Shown here: in pieces, positions 1 through 8,364 of the stretch
How the letters are laid out: each line of letters starts with the position of its first letter
How positions within the stretch are numbered: the stretch's first letter is position 1
Assembly (NCBI GenBank): GCA_040256005.1
Contig: JBDZWC010000010.1
Location: 1-25,752, forward strand
Reading direction: 5' to 3'
Source: Deinococcaceae bacterium
Lineage (GTDB): Bacteria; Deinococcota; Deinococci; Deinococcales; Trueperaceae
Length of the DNA stretch: 25,752 nt
The notes under the pieces: generated by a model
Seen by the model: only the letters and a program-made list of their open reading frames with translations
What the model was told of the DNA's origin: nothing
Database searches by the model: none
Program-made: the position numbers and the translations under genes

Positions 1-226
1 TTCTTTATTTTCCTCCAGGTACTTAGATGTTTCAGTTCCCTGGGTTCCCTCCACACAGCCTATGTATTCAGCTGAGGGTAGTGGGGGTTCGCCCCACTGG
101 GTTTCCCCATTCGGAAATCCCCGGATCAAAGCTTGCTTCCAGCTCCCCGAGGCTTATCGCAGGTAGCCACGTCCTTCATCGGTTCGGCTGCCAAGGCATC
201 CACCGTGTGCCCTTAGTAACTTGACC
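1..226 (-). rRNA. rrl: 23S rRNA, 5' portion (runs off the window's left edge)
   Basis: Reverse complement from 226 reads GGTCAAGTTACTAAGGGCACACGGTGGATGCCTTGGC...GGATTTCCGAATGGGGAAACCC...GAACTGAAACATCTAAGTACC, the conserved 23S 5' domain. Confidence 0.98.
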
Positions 227-410
227 TACTTCTTTCTTTTCAATGGGTTGAATGTAGAGCAGATGCGCGATGTTGGTCTTTCGGCTCGCGGCCATACGGC
301 CGCTTACTTTTCGACTCGGTTGGGTAATGCTTTACCCCATCGCGTCCTCGATCGTGCCGTCCCTGACGGGACAAACTTCGATCGAGCACTGATGCTCTTG
401 CCTTCTATTC

Positions 411-444
411 GCCTGTCAAAGAACGCGCCGCCTTTTCAAGCGGC
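411..444 (-). promoter_or_regulatory. rRNA antitermination elements boxB hairpin and boxA
   Basis: Minus strand: GCCGC-TTGAAAAG-GCGGC hairpin (444-427) followed by GTTCTTTGACAGG (424-412), a boxA-like sequence. Confidence 0.75.
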
Positions 445-451
445 AAAGAAA

Positions 452-481
452 AGAGTACACCTTTGGAACACGCCGTGTCAA
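452..481 (-). promoter_or_regulatory. Sigma70-type promoter of the 23S rRNA transcript
   Basis: TTGACA (481-476), 18-nt spacer, TACTCT (457-452), immediately upstream of boxB/boxA. Confidence 0.8.
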
Positions 482-543
482 GGCTGGGATACAGAGACAC
501 GCCGCTCTTGGTAGGCCCGACTCCGCGAGCCCGGCTCACGCGC

Positions 544-759
544 CTAGTGGCCGGCGGCCTGCAGGTGCCATGCCGCGCTCAGGGCCGCCTCGAAGGACCC
601 GGCATCGCCGGCCTGAAGGTCTCCCACCACGATCATGTGAGTGACGAACCTCTTGGGGACCGAGAAGACACGCGGGAACCGCTCGACCAGTGCCGCCCGA
701 GCGTCGAAGCCGCTGCGGATCGCGACCTTCCGCCTCGACCTTAGCCGCCGCTGCTTGCG
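544..759 (-). pseudogene. 5'-truncated remnant resembling the C-terminal half of a MmcQ/YjbR-family protein
   Basis: Manual translation: ...KVAIRSGFDARAALVERFPRVFSVPKRFVTHMIVVGDLQAGDAGSFEAALSAAWHLQAAGH*. In-frame TGA upstream and no start codon before the homologous part. Family resemblance is from memory. Confidence 0.45.
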
Positions 760-858
760 TCAGCTGGAAGTCCGCCCTTTGACCTCTTAAATGGTGGCAA
801 TGCGAGTCCTACCTATGGCGGAGGAGGTCCATCCGCGCCGGCCGGTAGGGTCCTTCGC

Positions 859-1704
859 GTGACAGACGCACCCATTCCCACACCGACCGCCTCTCCTTCC
901 CGCCTCCCACGATCCGGCCGGCGTCCCCCCTCACGGAGCGGCCTGATGGCTCTTACCGTGCTGGCAGCGCTCGTGTGCAGCGCCGTCGTGACGCAGGTGT
1001 TCCTGGCAGGGCTCGGCCTGGTCGTCGATCCCGGCTACCTGGCCTGGCATTCGAGCTTCGTTCACGTCATAGAGCTGGCGGTGATCGTCATGGTCGTGCT
1101 CGCCGTGTTCGTAGGGGGCGTGCGCATCGCGGGCCTAAGTGCCGTCACCTTCCTGCTGATCGGCACGCAGTACGCCCTGATACACGGCTTCGATGGTCCC
1201 GTCCGCGCGCTGCATGCCGTGAACGCCCTGGTGTTGTTCGCCGTCAGCTGGGCGATCGCCCGCCAGGCTGCGGCCAGGGCGGCCGAGGCCCGCGCGCGGG
1301 GAGCAGCCGTGGTCCGCTCCGAAGGGTCGCGGACCATCGCGGGCTTGGGCCTCTCGGTCGCGCTGATGGCAGCAGCCTTCATCTTCATAGCCAGCATCCT
1401 GCCCGGCGGCAGCCTGGCGGCGCACGGCGCCAGTGATCCAAGCGCGGCCGCCCACAGCGCGGAAGGGACAGCGCTTGGCGCGAGCGTGTTCGCCCAGAAC
1501 TGCGCTGGCTGCCACGGCGCCAGCGGACAAGGGGCCGTCGGGCCGAGGCTGGCCGGCAACGAGGACCTGGCCGACCGCGCGTTCGTCGAGACGCGGGTGC
1601 GAGAAGGAGAGGGCATCATGCCGGCGTTCCGGGGGCGCCTCTCCGACGAGCAGATCGCGGCCGTGGTGGACCACGTCAGGTCCAGCTGGGGCAACGACTT
1701 CTGA
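859..1704 (+). CDS. DUF6220-like membrane domain fused to a C-terminal class I cytochrome c
   Basis: About 5 hydrophobic helices with QVFLAG...WHSSFVH and ALHAVNA motifs; C-terminal CAGCH heme-binding motif and distal Met in GIMPAF; TAGGGT 7 nt before the GTG. Confidence 0.85.
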   Translation: MTDAPIPTPTASPSRLPRSGRRPPSRSGLMALTVLAALVCSAVVTQVFLAGLGLVVDPGYLAWHSSFVHVIELAVIVMVVLAVFVGGVRIAGLSAVTFLLIGTQYALIHGFDGPVRALHAVNALVLFAVSWAIARQAAARAAEARARGAAVVRSEGSRTIAGLGLSVALMAAAFIFIASILPGGSLAAHGASDPSAAAHSAEGTALGASVFAQNCAGCHGASGQGAVGPRLAGNEDLADRAFVETRVREGEGIMPAFRGRLSDEQIAAVVDHVRSSWGNDF

Positions 1705-1753
1705 CGACTGCCAGCGGCCCCGCCGCCTCATAGCGCCAGCGGTCGGTGGACCC

Positions 1754-2503
1754 CTACCTGGCGAGCCCCAGGCCGGTACGGCGCAGGTATTCGAGGCTCC
1801 GGCCCACGGCCGTGAACATGTCGGTGGCGCACTCGTCCAGCTCGACGATGAGCCACTCCGCGCTGGCAGCGCGCACGACCCGCTCGATGTCGAGGGCGCC
1901 GTCGCCGACCGCGACCATCGGCTCACCTTGCCTCGCCGGCCCGTCCTTGACATGCAGCAGCGGCGCGCGCTCGCCTAGGTCGGCCACCAGCGCCGCGGCG
2001 TCGACGCCTGCCGTCTCGGCCCAGTAGACGTCTACCTCGAAGAACACGTCCGCCGGCAGACGCTCGCGCAGGACGGCGAAGGGCACGCGGTCACCGGCGG
2101 CCTCGAACTCCCACCAGTGGTTGTGCAGGCCTGTCGCCACCCCATGCTCCGCCAAGGCGGCGTGCGCTTCCAGCACCCGCTCCACGAAGCGCCCCAGCGC
2201 GGCCTCGTCCCTGACGTCCTCCGGCCGGCTGCTCGCGACCACGCGCGGTGCGCCGAGCGCCGTCGCCGTCTCCACCACCGCCGACCGTGCCTCCCCGGCG
2301 GCGAGTGGAGCGTGGAGGCTGGGGACGGCGAGGCCCAAAGAGTCGCAGGCGGCCCGGGTCCGCTCGGCGCTCTTCGGATCGAGGCCGAAGGGCTCGACGC
2401 CCAGGTAGCCCAGCGCGGCGACACGCTCCAGGACGGGTTCGAGGCCGGAGGCTCTCAGGTCTGCCCTCAACGTGTAGAGCTGGAGTGCGATGGGGACGGT
2501 CAC
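1754..2503 (-). CDS. Sugar phosphate isomerase/epimerase (xylose isomerase-like TIM barrel)
   Basis: IALQLYTLR, GYLGVE, LHNHWWEF, FEVDVYW, LLHVKDG, WLIVELD motifs. Confidence 0.9.
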   Translation of the reverse strand: MTVPIALQLYTLRADLRASGLEPVLERVAALGYLGVEPFGLDPKSAERTRAACDSLGLAVPSLHAPLAAGEARSAVVETATALGAPRVVASSRPEDVRDEAALGRFVERVLEAHAALAEHGVATGLHNHWWEFEAAGDRVPFAVLRERLPADVFFEVDVYWAETAGVDAAALVADLGERAPLLHVKDGPARQGEPMVAVGDGALDIERVVRAASAEWLIVELDECATDMFTAVGRSLEYLRRTGLGLAR

Positions 2504-2525
2504 CAGCCCAGCGTATCCCTACTTA

Positions 2526-4037
2526 TCAGGCGGGCTCGGGCTGAACGCCCTCCTCGTCGCGGGCCGGCGCTTGCCGGCGCGGCAGGAAGGCTGTCGGGGT
2601 GCTGGCGTCGATGCGGTCGCTGATCAGGTAGACGTGGTCACCGGCCTGGAAGACCGTGCTGCCCCTGGGCGTGACCAGTTGACCCTCGCGGAGCACCGCC
2701 GCGATCACCACGTCGTCGGGCAGGTCGAGGTCGACGATGCGCTGGCCCACCGCGCGGCTCTCGGCGGTGAGGTAGACGTCCGTGACGGTGGCACCGATCG
2801 GAGCGTCACCCCCGAGCTCCAGCCTCAGGGGACTACGGGCGGGCTCCTCGACGGCCAGCCCGAGCCAGTGCGCCAAGGGCGCGAGGCTGAACCCCTGGAT
2901 CAGCGTGCCCACGATGACCACGACGAACACGATGTTGAAGATGCTCTCGGCGCCGGGGATGCCGAAGCTGAGCGGGATGATCGCGAGGATGATGGGCACG
3001 GCGCCCTTGAGACCGGCCCACGACAAGAGCGTGCGCTCCGGCACCGTGAAGCCGTAGCGCCCGAGCGACAGCGCCCTCAGGATGCCCAGCGTGCCGAACA
3101 CCGCCAAGGGGCGAGCGACGAACAGCACGACGCCCGTGATCGCCAAGGCGATACCCAGGTTGGGTAGGAGCCGCTCGGGGAACACGAGCAGGCCCAGGAC
3201 GACGAACATCAGGATCTGCCCGCCCCATGCCAGGGCCTCGGTGAACGCGGCGATGGAGTGCCTGTGAGCCAGTTTCGCGTTGCCCACGATGAGGCCAGCC
3301 GCGTAAGCGGCGATGAAGCCGTTCCCGCCCAGTAGGTTGGTCACCGCGTAGATGAGCAGCCCACCGCTGAGGGCCAGGATCGGGTACAGCCCGTACGCCT
3401 CCAGCCGAAGGTGGTTGATGACCCACACGAGCAGGCGTGCGAGCACGACGCCGGCCAGCGTGCCTATCGCGAGCTGGATCACGATGCTCACGATCAGCGA
3501 GGCCACGTCGAGCGACCCGCTGGTGATCGCGCGAGAGAAGGCCAGCGTCATGAGCAGGGCGATGGGGTCGTTGGTGCCGGACTCCGTCTCTACGATCCCC
3601 CGCAGCCGGGACGGAAGGCCCCTGCCCTTCAACGACGAGAAGATCGCCGCCGCGTCGGTGGAGGCCAGGACCGAGCCGAGCAGCATGCTCGAGAGCAGGT
3701 CGAGGTTCGTGAGCCACCACGCGGCCAGGCCGATCACGCCCATGTTGATGAGCGTGCCGATCGTCGCCATCAGGCTGGCGGGCATGATGGCGACGCGGAA
3801 CAGGCGCATCCTCGTCTCCATGCCGCCCGAGTAGAGGATCACCGCCAGGGCGAGCAGGCCGATGTCGTACGAGAGCGCGTAGTCCGAGAACTCGATGCCG
3901 ACGGGGCCGCTACTGCCGGCGAAGATCCCGAGGCCGACGAAGAGGACGAGGGCGGGCAGACCTAGACGCGTCGAGAAGCGCGTGCTGGCGATAGCCGCGA
4001 TGGCGAGCATGCCGAAGATCGCGATGCCGATGTCCAC
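2526..4037 (-). CDS. cvrA: Potassium/proton antiporter (CPA1, NhaP2/CvrA) with TrkA-C domain
   Basis: STDAAA, ESGTNDP, WAGLKGAVPIILA; C-terminal PRGSTVFQAGD. Start moved from TTG 4055 to GTG 4037, which follows a TACACT -10-like box. Confidence 0.92.
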   Translation of the reverse strand: MDIGIAIFGMLAIAAIASTRFSTRLGLPALVLFVGLGIFAGSSGPVGIEFSDYALSYDIGLLALAVILYSGGMETRMRLFRVAIMPASLMATIGTLINMGVIGLAAWWLTNLDLLSSMLLGSVLASTDAAAIFSSLKGRGLPSRLRGIVETESGTNDPIALLMTLAFSRAITSGSLDVASLIVSIVIQLAIGTLAGVVLARLLVWVINHLRLEAYGLYPILALSGGLLIYAVTNLLGGNGFIAAYAAGLIVGNAKLAHRHSIAAFTEALAWGGQILMFVVLGLLVFPERLLPNLGIALAITGVVLFVARPLAVFGTLGILRALSLGRYGFTVPERTLLSWAGLKGAVPIILAIIPLSFGIPGAESIFNIVFVVVIVGTLIQGFSLAPLAHWLGLAVEEPARSPLRLELGGDAPIGATVTDVYLTAESRAVGQRIVDLDLPDDVVIAAVLREGQLVTPRGSTVFQAGDHVYLISDRIDASTPTAFLPRRQAPARDEEGVQPEPA

Positions 4038-4112
4038 TTGGCGCGAGTGTATCAACGGTCAGTGGAAGCGCTCCGGACGGGGCAGCGGCTCTCGAACCCG
4101 CTAACGTAGGGC

Positions 4113-4511
4113 ATGGAGACGGGCAGCCGTACCGTGGCGCTGATCGCTCACGACCGCATGAAGCTCGACCTCGCGATGTTCGCCCGCGACCACGCGGACG
4201 TCCTCAACCGGTTCGAGCTGATCGCCACCGGGACGACCGGGAAGGTGCTCATCGAGAAGACCGGCCTCTCGGTCGAGCGCCTGCGCTCCGGCCCCGACGG
4301 AGGGGACCTTCAGGTGGGCGCCCGGGTAGCGGAGGGCCGTGTGCTAGCCGTCATCTTCTTCAGGGACCCACTGACCGCCCAACCCCACGAACCCGACGTA
4401 TCGGCGCTCCTGCGCATCTGCGACGTCCATCACGTGCCCCTGGCGACGAACCTGGGCACCGCAGAAGCCGTCGTCGCCTGGCTGGAAGAGCGCCCCATGG
4501 AGGCCGACTAA
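4113..4511 (+). CDS. mgsA: Methylglyoxal synthase
   Basis: [44 protein letters not shown]. Confidence 0.97.
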   Translation: METGSRTVALIAHDRMKLDLAMFARDHADVLNRFELIATGTTGKVLIEKTGLSVERLRSGPDGGDLQVGARVAEGRVLAVIFFRDPLTAQPHEPDVSALLRICDVHHVPLATNLGTAEAVVAWLEERPMEAD

Positions 4512-4763
4512 GTGAGCAAGCAGATGATCGAAGCGTTCCTCCGCGAGATGAAGGGCCGCTACCAGGAGCACATCGACGCCGTGGCCCTCCCCGAGGGGAC
4601 GTTCGAGTACGTGGAGGAGCTGGCGAGAAACGGCGACACCGAGACGCTGCTCTTCATGTTGAAGCTGGGCTACCTGATGGGCCTGCAGACCGGCTACGCC
4701 GCGGCCATGAGCGGCGAGGAAGGCCCCAACCCGAGAGGCACACCGGGGCCGCTACAGGCCTGA
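4512..4763 (+). CDS. ddrH: DdrH-like protein (Deinococcota DNA-damage response family)
   Basis: 83 aa; Y.E...LPEG...L...GD.E..LFMLKL...G.Q.G.AA...(L/V)QA pattern matches remembered Deinococcus DdrH; GTG directly follows the mgsA stop. Confidence 0.7.
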   Translation: MSKQMIEAFLREMKGRYQEHIDAVALPEGTFEYVEELARNGDTETLLFMLKLGYLMGLQTGYAAAMSGEEGPNPRGTPGPLQA

Positions 4764-5222
4764 TCAGACCTTCTCGGCTGCCACCTGTTCCACGGTCGAG
4801 GTCACGACCTCGTCGTGAAGGAGCACGACCTCGAACTCGAGGTCGGCCTTCAGGCTCGCACCCACCGAGCAGTACTTGTTCATGGACAGGTCGACCAGGC
4901 GCTCGGCCTGCTCGCGGGTGAGGCCTGGTACGTCGAACACGTGCCGGGCCTTGATGCGCACGAACGGGGAAGGCACGTCCTCGGGCCTCTCGCCCTCCAG
5001 CTCGATCGTGTAGCTGTTCACCTTGAGGCGGCGCTTGGCCAACATGTGGCTGACGTCCATCCCGGCGCACGCGCCCAGCGCGTTGAGCACCAGCTGCATG
5101 GGGCTCATACCCGTGCGGGCCGTCTTCTCGTTGTCGATCATCACGCGCAGGCCGTCGGGCGTCTCGCCCATGAAGCGCAGGCCGCCCAGGTTATGCAGCG
5201 TCGCGGTGTTCGTCTTCGCCAT
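4764..5222 (-). CDS. OsmC family protein (YhfA-like)
   Basis: GMSPMQLVLNALGACAGMDV and LSMNKYCSVG carry the two conserved Cys. Confidence 0.93.
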   Translation of the reverse strand: MAKTNTATLHNLGGLRFMGETPDGLRVMIDNEKTARTGMSPMQLVLNALGACAGMDVSHMLAKRRLKVNSYTIELEGERPEDVPSPFVRIKARHVFDVPGLTREQAERLVDLSMNKYCSVGASLKADLEFEVVLLHDEVVTSTVEQVAAEKV

Positions 5223-5260
5223 ACCCGAGGGTACGCCGCCCCGCCGCGCTTAGACTCGTC

Positions 5261-5887
5261 GTGGAGAACGGTTTGGGCACCTCGACACCGGCAGTGGGCG
5301 GCGCGAACACGTGGGACAAGACGGCCTGGAGAGCATGGGCCCGCAGGCGACGGCGGACCCTGCGAGCCGAGGCGGGGGCGAGCGCCGACGCCGCGATCAC
5401 GGCACACCTGCGAGCCTGGCGGCCCTACGTCGATGCCAGCGTCGTGGGCGTCTACCTGGCGTTCGGGCACGAGGTCGACCTGAGCGCGCTCATCGCCGCC
5501 GGCCAGCGGGAAGGAAGGCTCGTCGTGGCGCCGCGCGCCCATGATCTGCCCGCGCCCCTACTCACCCTCCACGAGTTGAGGCCGGACGTGCCGCTGGAGA
5601 GGCATGCCCTGGGCCAGCCGGAGCCGCCAGCAGACGCGGCCCAGGTGGATCACGCTCTGGTGGACGTGCTCCTCGTGCCGGGCCTCGCCTTCGACGAGCT
5701 GGGTCATCGGCTGGGCTACGGTCGCGGCTACTACGACCGCCTCCTGCCACGGCTCAGGCCGGACGCTCACGTCGTTGGCGTGACCTTCGAGGATCTGCTC
5801 GTACCGGCGCTGCCTGCCGAGCCCCACGACGCCAGGGTGGGGCACCTCGCCACGGAACGCGGTCTGCGGGCCGCCCGGGCGGTCTGA
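5261..5887 (+). CDS. ygfA: 5-formyltetrahydrofolate cyclo-ligase
   Basis: YLAFGHEVD, LVPGLAFD..GHRLGYGRGYYDR, LPAEPHD. Confidence 0.95.
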   Translation: MENGLGTSTPAVGGANTWDKTAWRAWARRRRRTLRAEAGASADAAITAHLRAWRPYVDASVVGVYLAFGHEVDLSALIAAGQREGRLVVAPRAHDLPAPLLTLHELRPDVPLERHALGQPEPPADAAQVDHALVDVLLVPGLAFDELGHRLGYGRGYYDRLLPRLRPDAHVVGVTFEDLLVPALPAEPHDARVGHLATERGLRAARAV

Positions 5888-6035
5888 ACGGGCCGCGCGG
5901 CGGCCGCACGGGCGCCTTGATGATCCCGAGCTCGCCCGACAGGCATCGCGAGAGGCGCCCGGACCGCGTATATTCTTCGCAGTGATCCTTCACATCTAGG
6001 GCACGGGCCGACCCCGGCTCACGAAAGGGTGGACC

Positions 6036-7298
6036 ATGAAGCTAGCCTTACGACTAGGAGCGGTTCTCACCTTGGCGATCGGCTTCGCCCAGGCTCAGGA
6101 CCCCGTCGAGATCGTCTACTGGCAGTACGTGTTCGACACGCGGGTCCAGGCCATGGACCAGCTCATCGAGCAGTTCAACGCCGAGAACCCTGATGTGGTC
6201 GTGCGCCAGGAGACCTTCCCGTTCGACTCCTACCAGCAGAGCGTGGCGGCGGCCATCAGTGCCGGTCAGGGCCCCGACGTCGTTCAGCTCTTCTACGGCT
6301 ACGTCGCGGCCTGGCAGCGGGCCGGCTACGTCGAGCCGCTCCCGCAGGAGTACCTCTCCAACGAGTGGATCGAGAGTTACTTCGTCCCCATGGTCGAGTC
6401 GGTGAAGATCGACGGCGAGTACTACGGGCTTCCCACGGCAGTTCGCTCGCTGGCGCTGTTCTACAACAAGGACCTGTTCGAGGAGGTCGGCCTCGACCCC
6501 GACTCGCCGCCCACGACCTGGGACGAGTTCGTGGAGGTCGCCAAGGCCCTTACCATCCAGCGCGGTCCGCTGTACGAGCGCATCGGGTACGGCTTCGGCG
6601 GGCAGGACCACCATCTCATCCGCACCGTGCTCATGAACCAACTGGGCACCTCGCCCTACAGCGCCGACGGCACCGAGGTCCTCTACGGCAACGAGATCGG
6701 GGAGCAGGCGCTGCGCACCTGGACCGACTGGCAGCTGGTCGACCAGATCGGCATGGTTGAGTTCATCCCGGGCACGAGCGGCTACCGCGACGGCTTCATC
6801 AACCAGCAGAACATCGCGATGATGATCGACGGCTCCTTCGCCATCGGCCAGGTCGAGAACGGCGCCCAGTTCGAGTGGGGCGTCGCCGAGCTACCCACCT
6901 TCGACAACGGCGTGAAGTCCAACTACGGCTCGTTCTGGATGAACGGCGTCACGCCGCGCGCCTACGAGAGCCCCGAGAAGCTCGAGGCCGCCGCGCGCTT
7001 CATCCAGTTCGTGACGAGCCCCGAGGCGATGAGGCTGTGGCTCGACGTCGTTGGCGAGCTGCCCGCGGCGCGCGAGCTCATCGCGGACCCGGAACTGCTG
7101 GCCGACCCTGTCTACGGCCCGTTCATCGCCGGCCTCGAGTACGCCGAGGCCACCCAGTTCGTCGACGAGCTCGCCCAGCGCGACGTCATGCTCGACGCCT
7201 ACAACCGCGTCCTGCTCGAAGGCATGGACCCGGCGGAGTCGATAATGATCGCCGCCCAGGAGGACCAGGCGCTTCTCGACCAGTTCAACGCCGAGTAG
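6036..7298 (+). CDS. Carbohydrate ABC transporter solute-binding protein (family 1)
   Basis: Sec signal ending AQA (no lipobox); GPDVV, YYGLP, LFYNKDLF, PPTTWDE. Confidence 0.93.
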   Translation: MKLALRLGAVLTLAIGFAQAQDPVEIVYWQYVFDTRVQAMDQLIEQFNAENPDVVVRQETFPFDSYQQSVAAAISAGQGPDVVQLFYGYVAAWQRAGYVEPLPQEYLSNEWIESYFVPMVESVKIDGEYYGLPTAVRSLALFYNKDLFEEVGLDPDSPPTTWDEFVEVAKALTIQRGPLYERIGYGFGGQDHHLIRTVLMNQLGTSPYSADGTEVLYGNEIGEQALRTWTDWQLVDQIGMVEFIPGTSGYRDGFINQQNIAMMIDGSFAIGQVENGAQFEWGVAELPTFDNGVKSNYGSFWMNGVTPRAYESPEKLEAAARFIQFVTSPEAMRLWLDVVGELPAARELIADPELLADPVYGPFIAGLEYAEATQFVDELAQRDVMLDAYNRVLLEGMDPAESIMIAAQEDQALLDQFNAE

Positions 7299-7318
7299 CC
7301 GTCTGAGGTGATACGACG

Positions 7319-7356
7319 AGAGCGCACGCCGCGGCATGCCGCCCGGCGTGCGCTCT
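7319..7356 (+). promoter_or_regulatory. Intercistronic stem-loop after the binding-protein gene
   Basis: Perfect 13-bp inverted repeat AGAGCGCACGCCG (7319-7331) / CGGCGTGCGCTCT (7344-7356); no U tract. Confidence 0.7.
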
Positions 7357-7410
7357 GAAGTTCCAGGCGCCCAGGATGTGCGGGCGGGGCACGACCTTCA
7401 CGGAGGAAGG

Positions 7411-8364
7411 ATGACGAGCAGTACCTCACGGCGGCGGCGCGGCTTCTCCCTGGCGCAGCGCGAGACCGCCTGGGCGTATACCTTCCTCGCCCTGCCCATC
7501 TTCTTCTTCATCGCCGTGCGCTTCTGGCCGGCCATACAGTCGTTCCGCCTGTCCCTGTACACGTGGCACGTGAACCCCGACCAGCGGCGGTTCATCGGCC
7601 TCGACTACTACCGGGAGATGTTCGGCAACCCCATCTTCCATCAGGCCCTCAAGAACACCCTGCTCTACGCCCTGGTGACTGTGCCCATCTCGATCGCGCT
7701 CGGCCTCGGCATCGCGGTGCTCCTGCAGTCGATAGCCAGGGGTCGTGGCCTGTTCCGCGCCATCTACTTCGCCCCCTACATAACGCCGGCCGTCGCCGTC
7801 GCGTGGGTGTGGGGCTGGATGTACAACCAGAACTTCGGCCTCTTCAACCGCCTGATCATCGAGTGGTGGGACTTCGCCGAGAGGATCGGGGCCGAGTGGC
7901 TGATCGTCCAGCCGCAGGCGTTCCTGAGGAACCCCGACACCGCGCTCTACGCCGTGGCGGCCGTGATCATCTGGCAGCAGCTCGGCTTTCAGGTCGTGAT
8001 CTTCCTCGCCGGGCTGCAAGGCATCCCCAGGTCCTACTACGAAGCCGCGAAGATCGACGGCGCCGACGGCTGGCAGCTCTTCAGGCACATCACCCTGCCG
8101 CTCCTCAACCCGGTCATGGTGTTCGCGGTCATCATCACGTCCATCACGGTCCTGCAGCTCTTCGATCAGATCGTGAACATCAACTTCACCGACCAGGGCG
8201 GGCCCCTCAACCGCACACTGTCCCTGGCCCTCTACATGTTCAACGAGGCGTTCGGGCGCGCGCGGGTGGGCTACGCCGCGGCGATCACGGTGGTCCTGTT
8301 CCTGATCATCCTGACCATCACCCTCATCCAGCTGCGCGTGACGCAGAGGCGGTTCGAGTACTGA
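7411..8364 (+). CDS. Carbohydrate ABC transporter permease (MalF/UgpA-like)
   Basis: EAA loop YYEAAKIDGA..WQLFRHITLPLL; GGAGG SD upstream of ATG 7411, preferred over 7336. Confidence 0.93.
   Translation: MTSSTSRRRRGFSLAQRETAWAYTFLALPIFFFIAVRFWPAIQSFRLSLYTWHVNPDQRRFIGLDYYREMFGNPIFHQALKNTLLYALVTVPISIALGLGIAVLLQSIARGRGLFRAIYFAPYITPAVAVAWVWGWMYNQNFGLFNRLIIEWWDFAERIGAEWLIVQPQAFLRNPDTALYAVAAVIIWQQLGFQVVIFLAGLQGIPRSYYEAAKIDGADGWQLFRHITLPLLNPVMVFAVIITSITVLQLFDQIVNINFTDQGGPLNRTLSLALYMFNEAFGRARVGYAAAITVVLFLIILTITLIQLRVTQRRFEY

Noticed and set aside
27..744. Plus-strand ORFs 27-224, 221-514 and 463-744
   Set aside because: Antisense to rRNA, its leader and the pseudogene remnant; no protein motifs.
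829..851. CCATCC upstream of the cytochrome fusion as an ECF promoter
   Set aside because: No CGTA/CGAA at 16-18 nt spacing; the sigma70-type TAGGGT box explains the start.
4093..4110. Possible RDRM (DdrO operator) upstream of mgsA-ddrH
   Set aside because: Only a half-site-like AACGTAG; no palindromic partner.
5223..5260. 6S RNA upstream of ygfA, as in many bacteria
   Set aside because: The spacer is only 38 bp.
5981..5994. AGTGA-tcct-TCACA as a CRP-type site before the ABC operon
   Set aside because: Spacer is 4 nt rather than 6; too short to support alone.
7563..8363. Apparent 560-aa fusion ORF
   Set aside because: N-terminal half is an Arg/Pro-rich shadow frame over the first permease; the real start is 8364.
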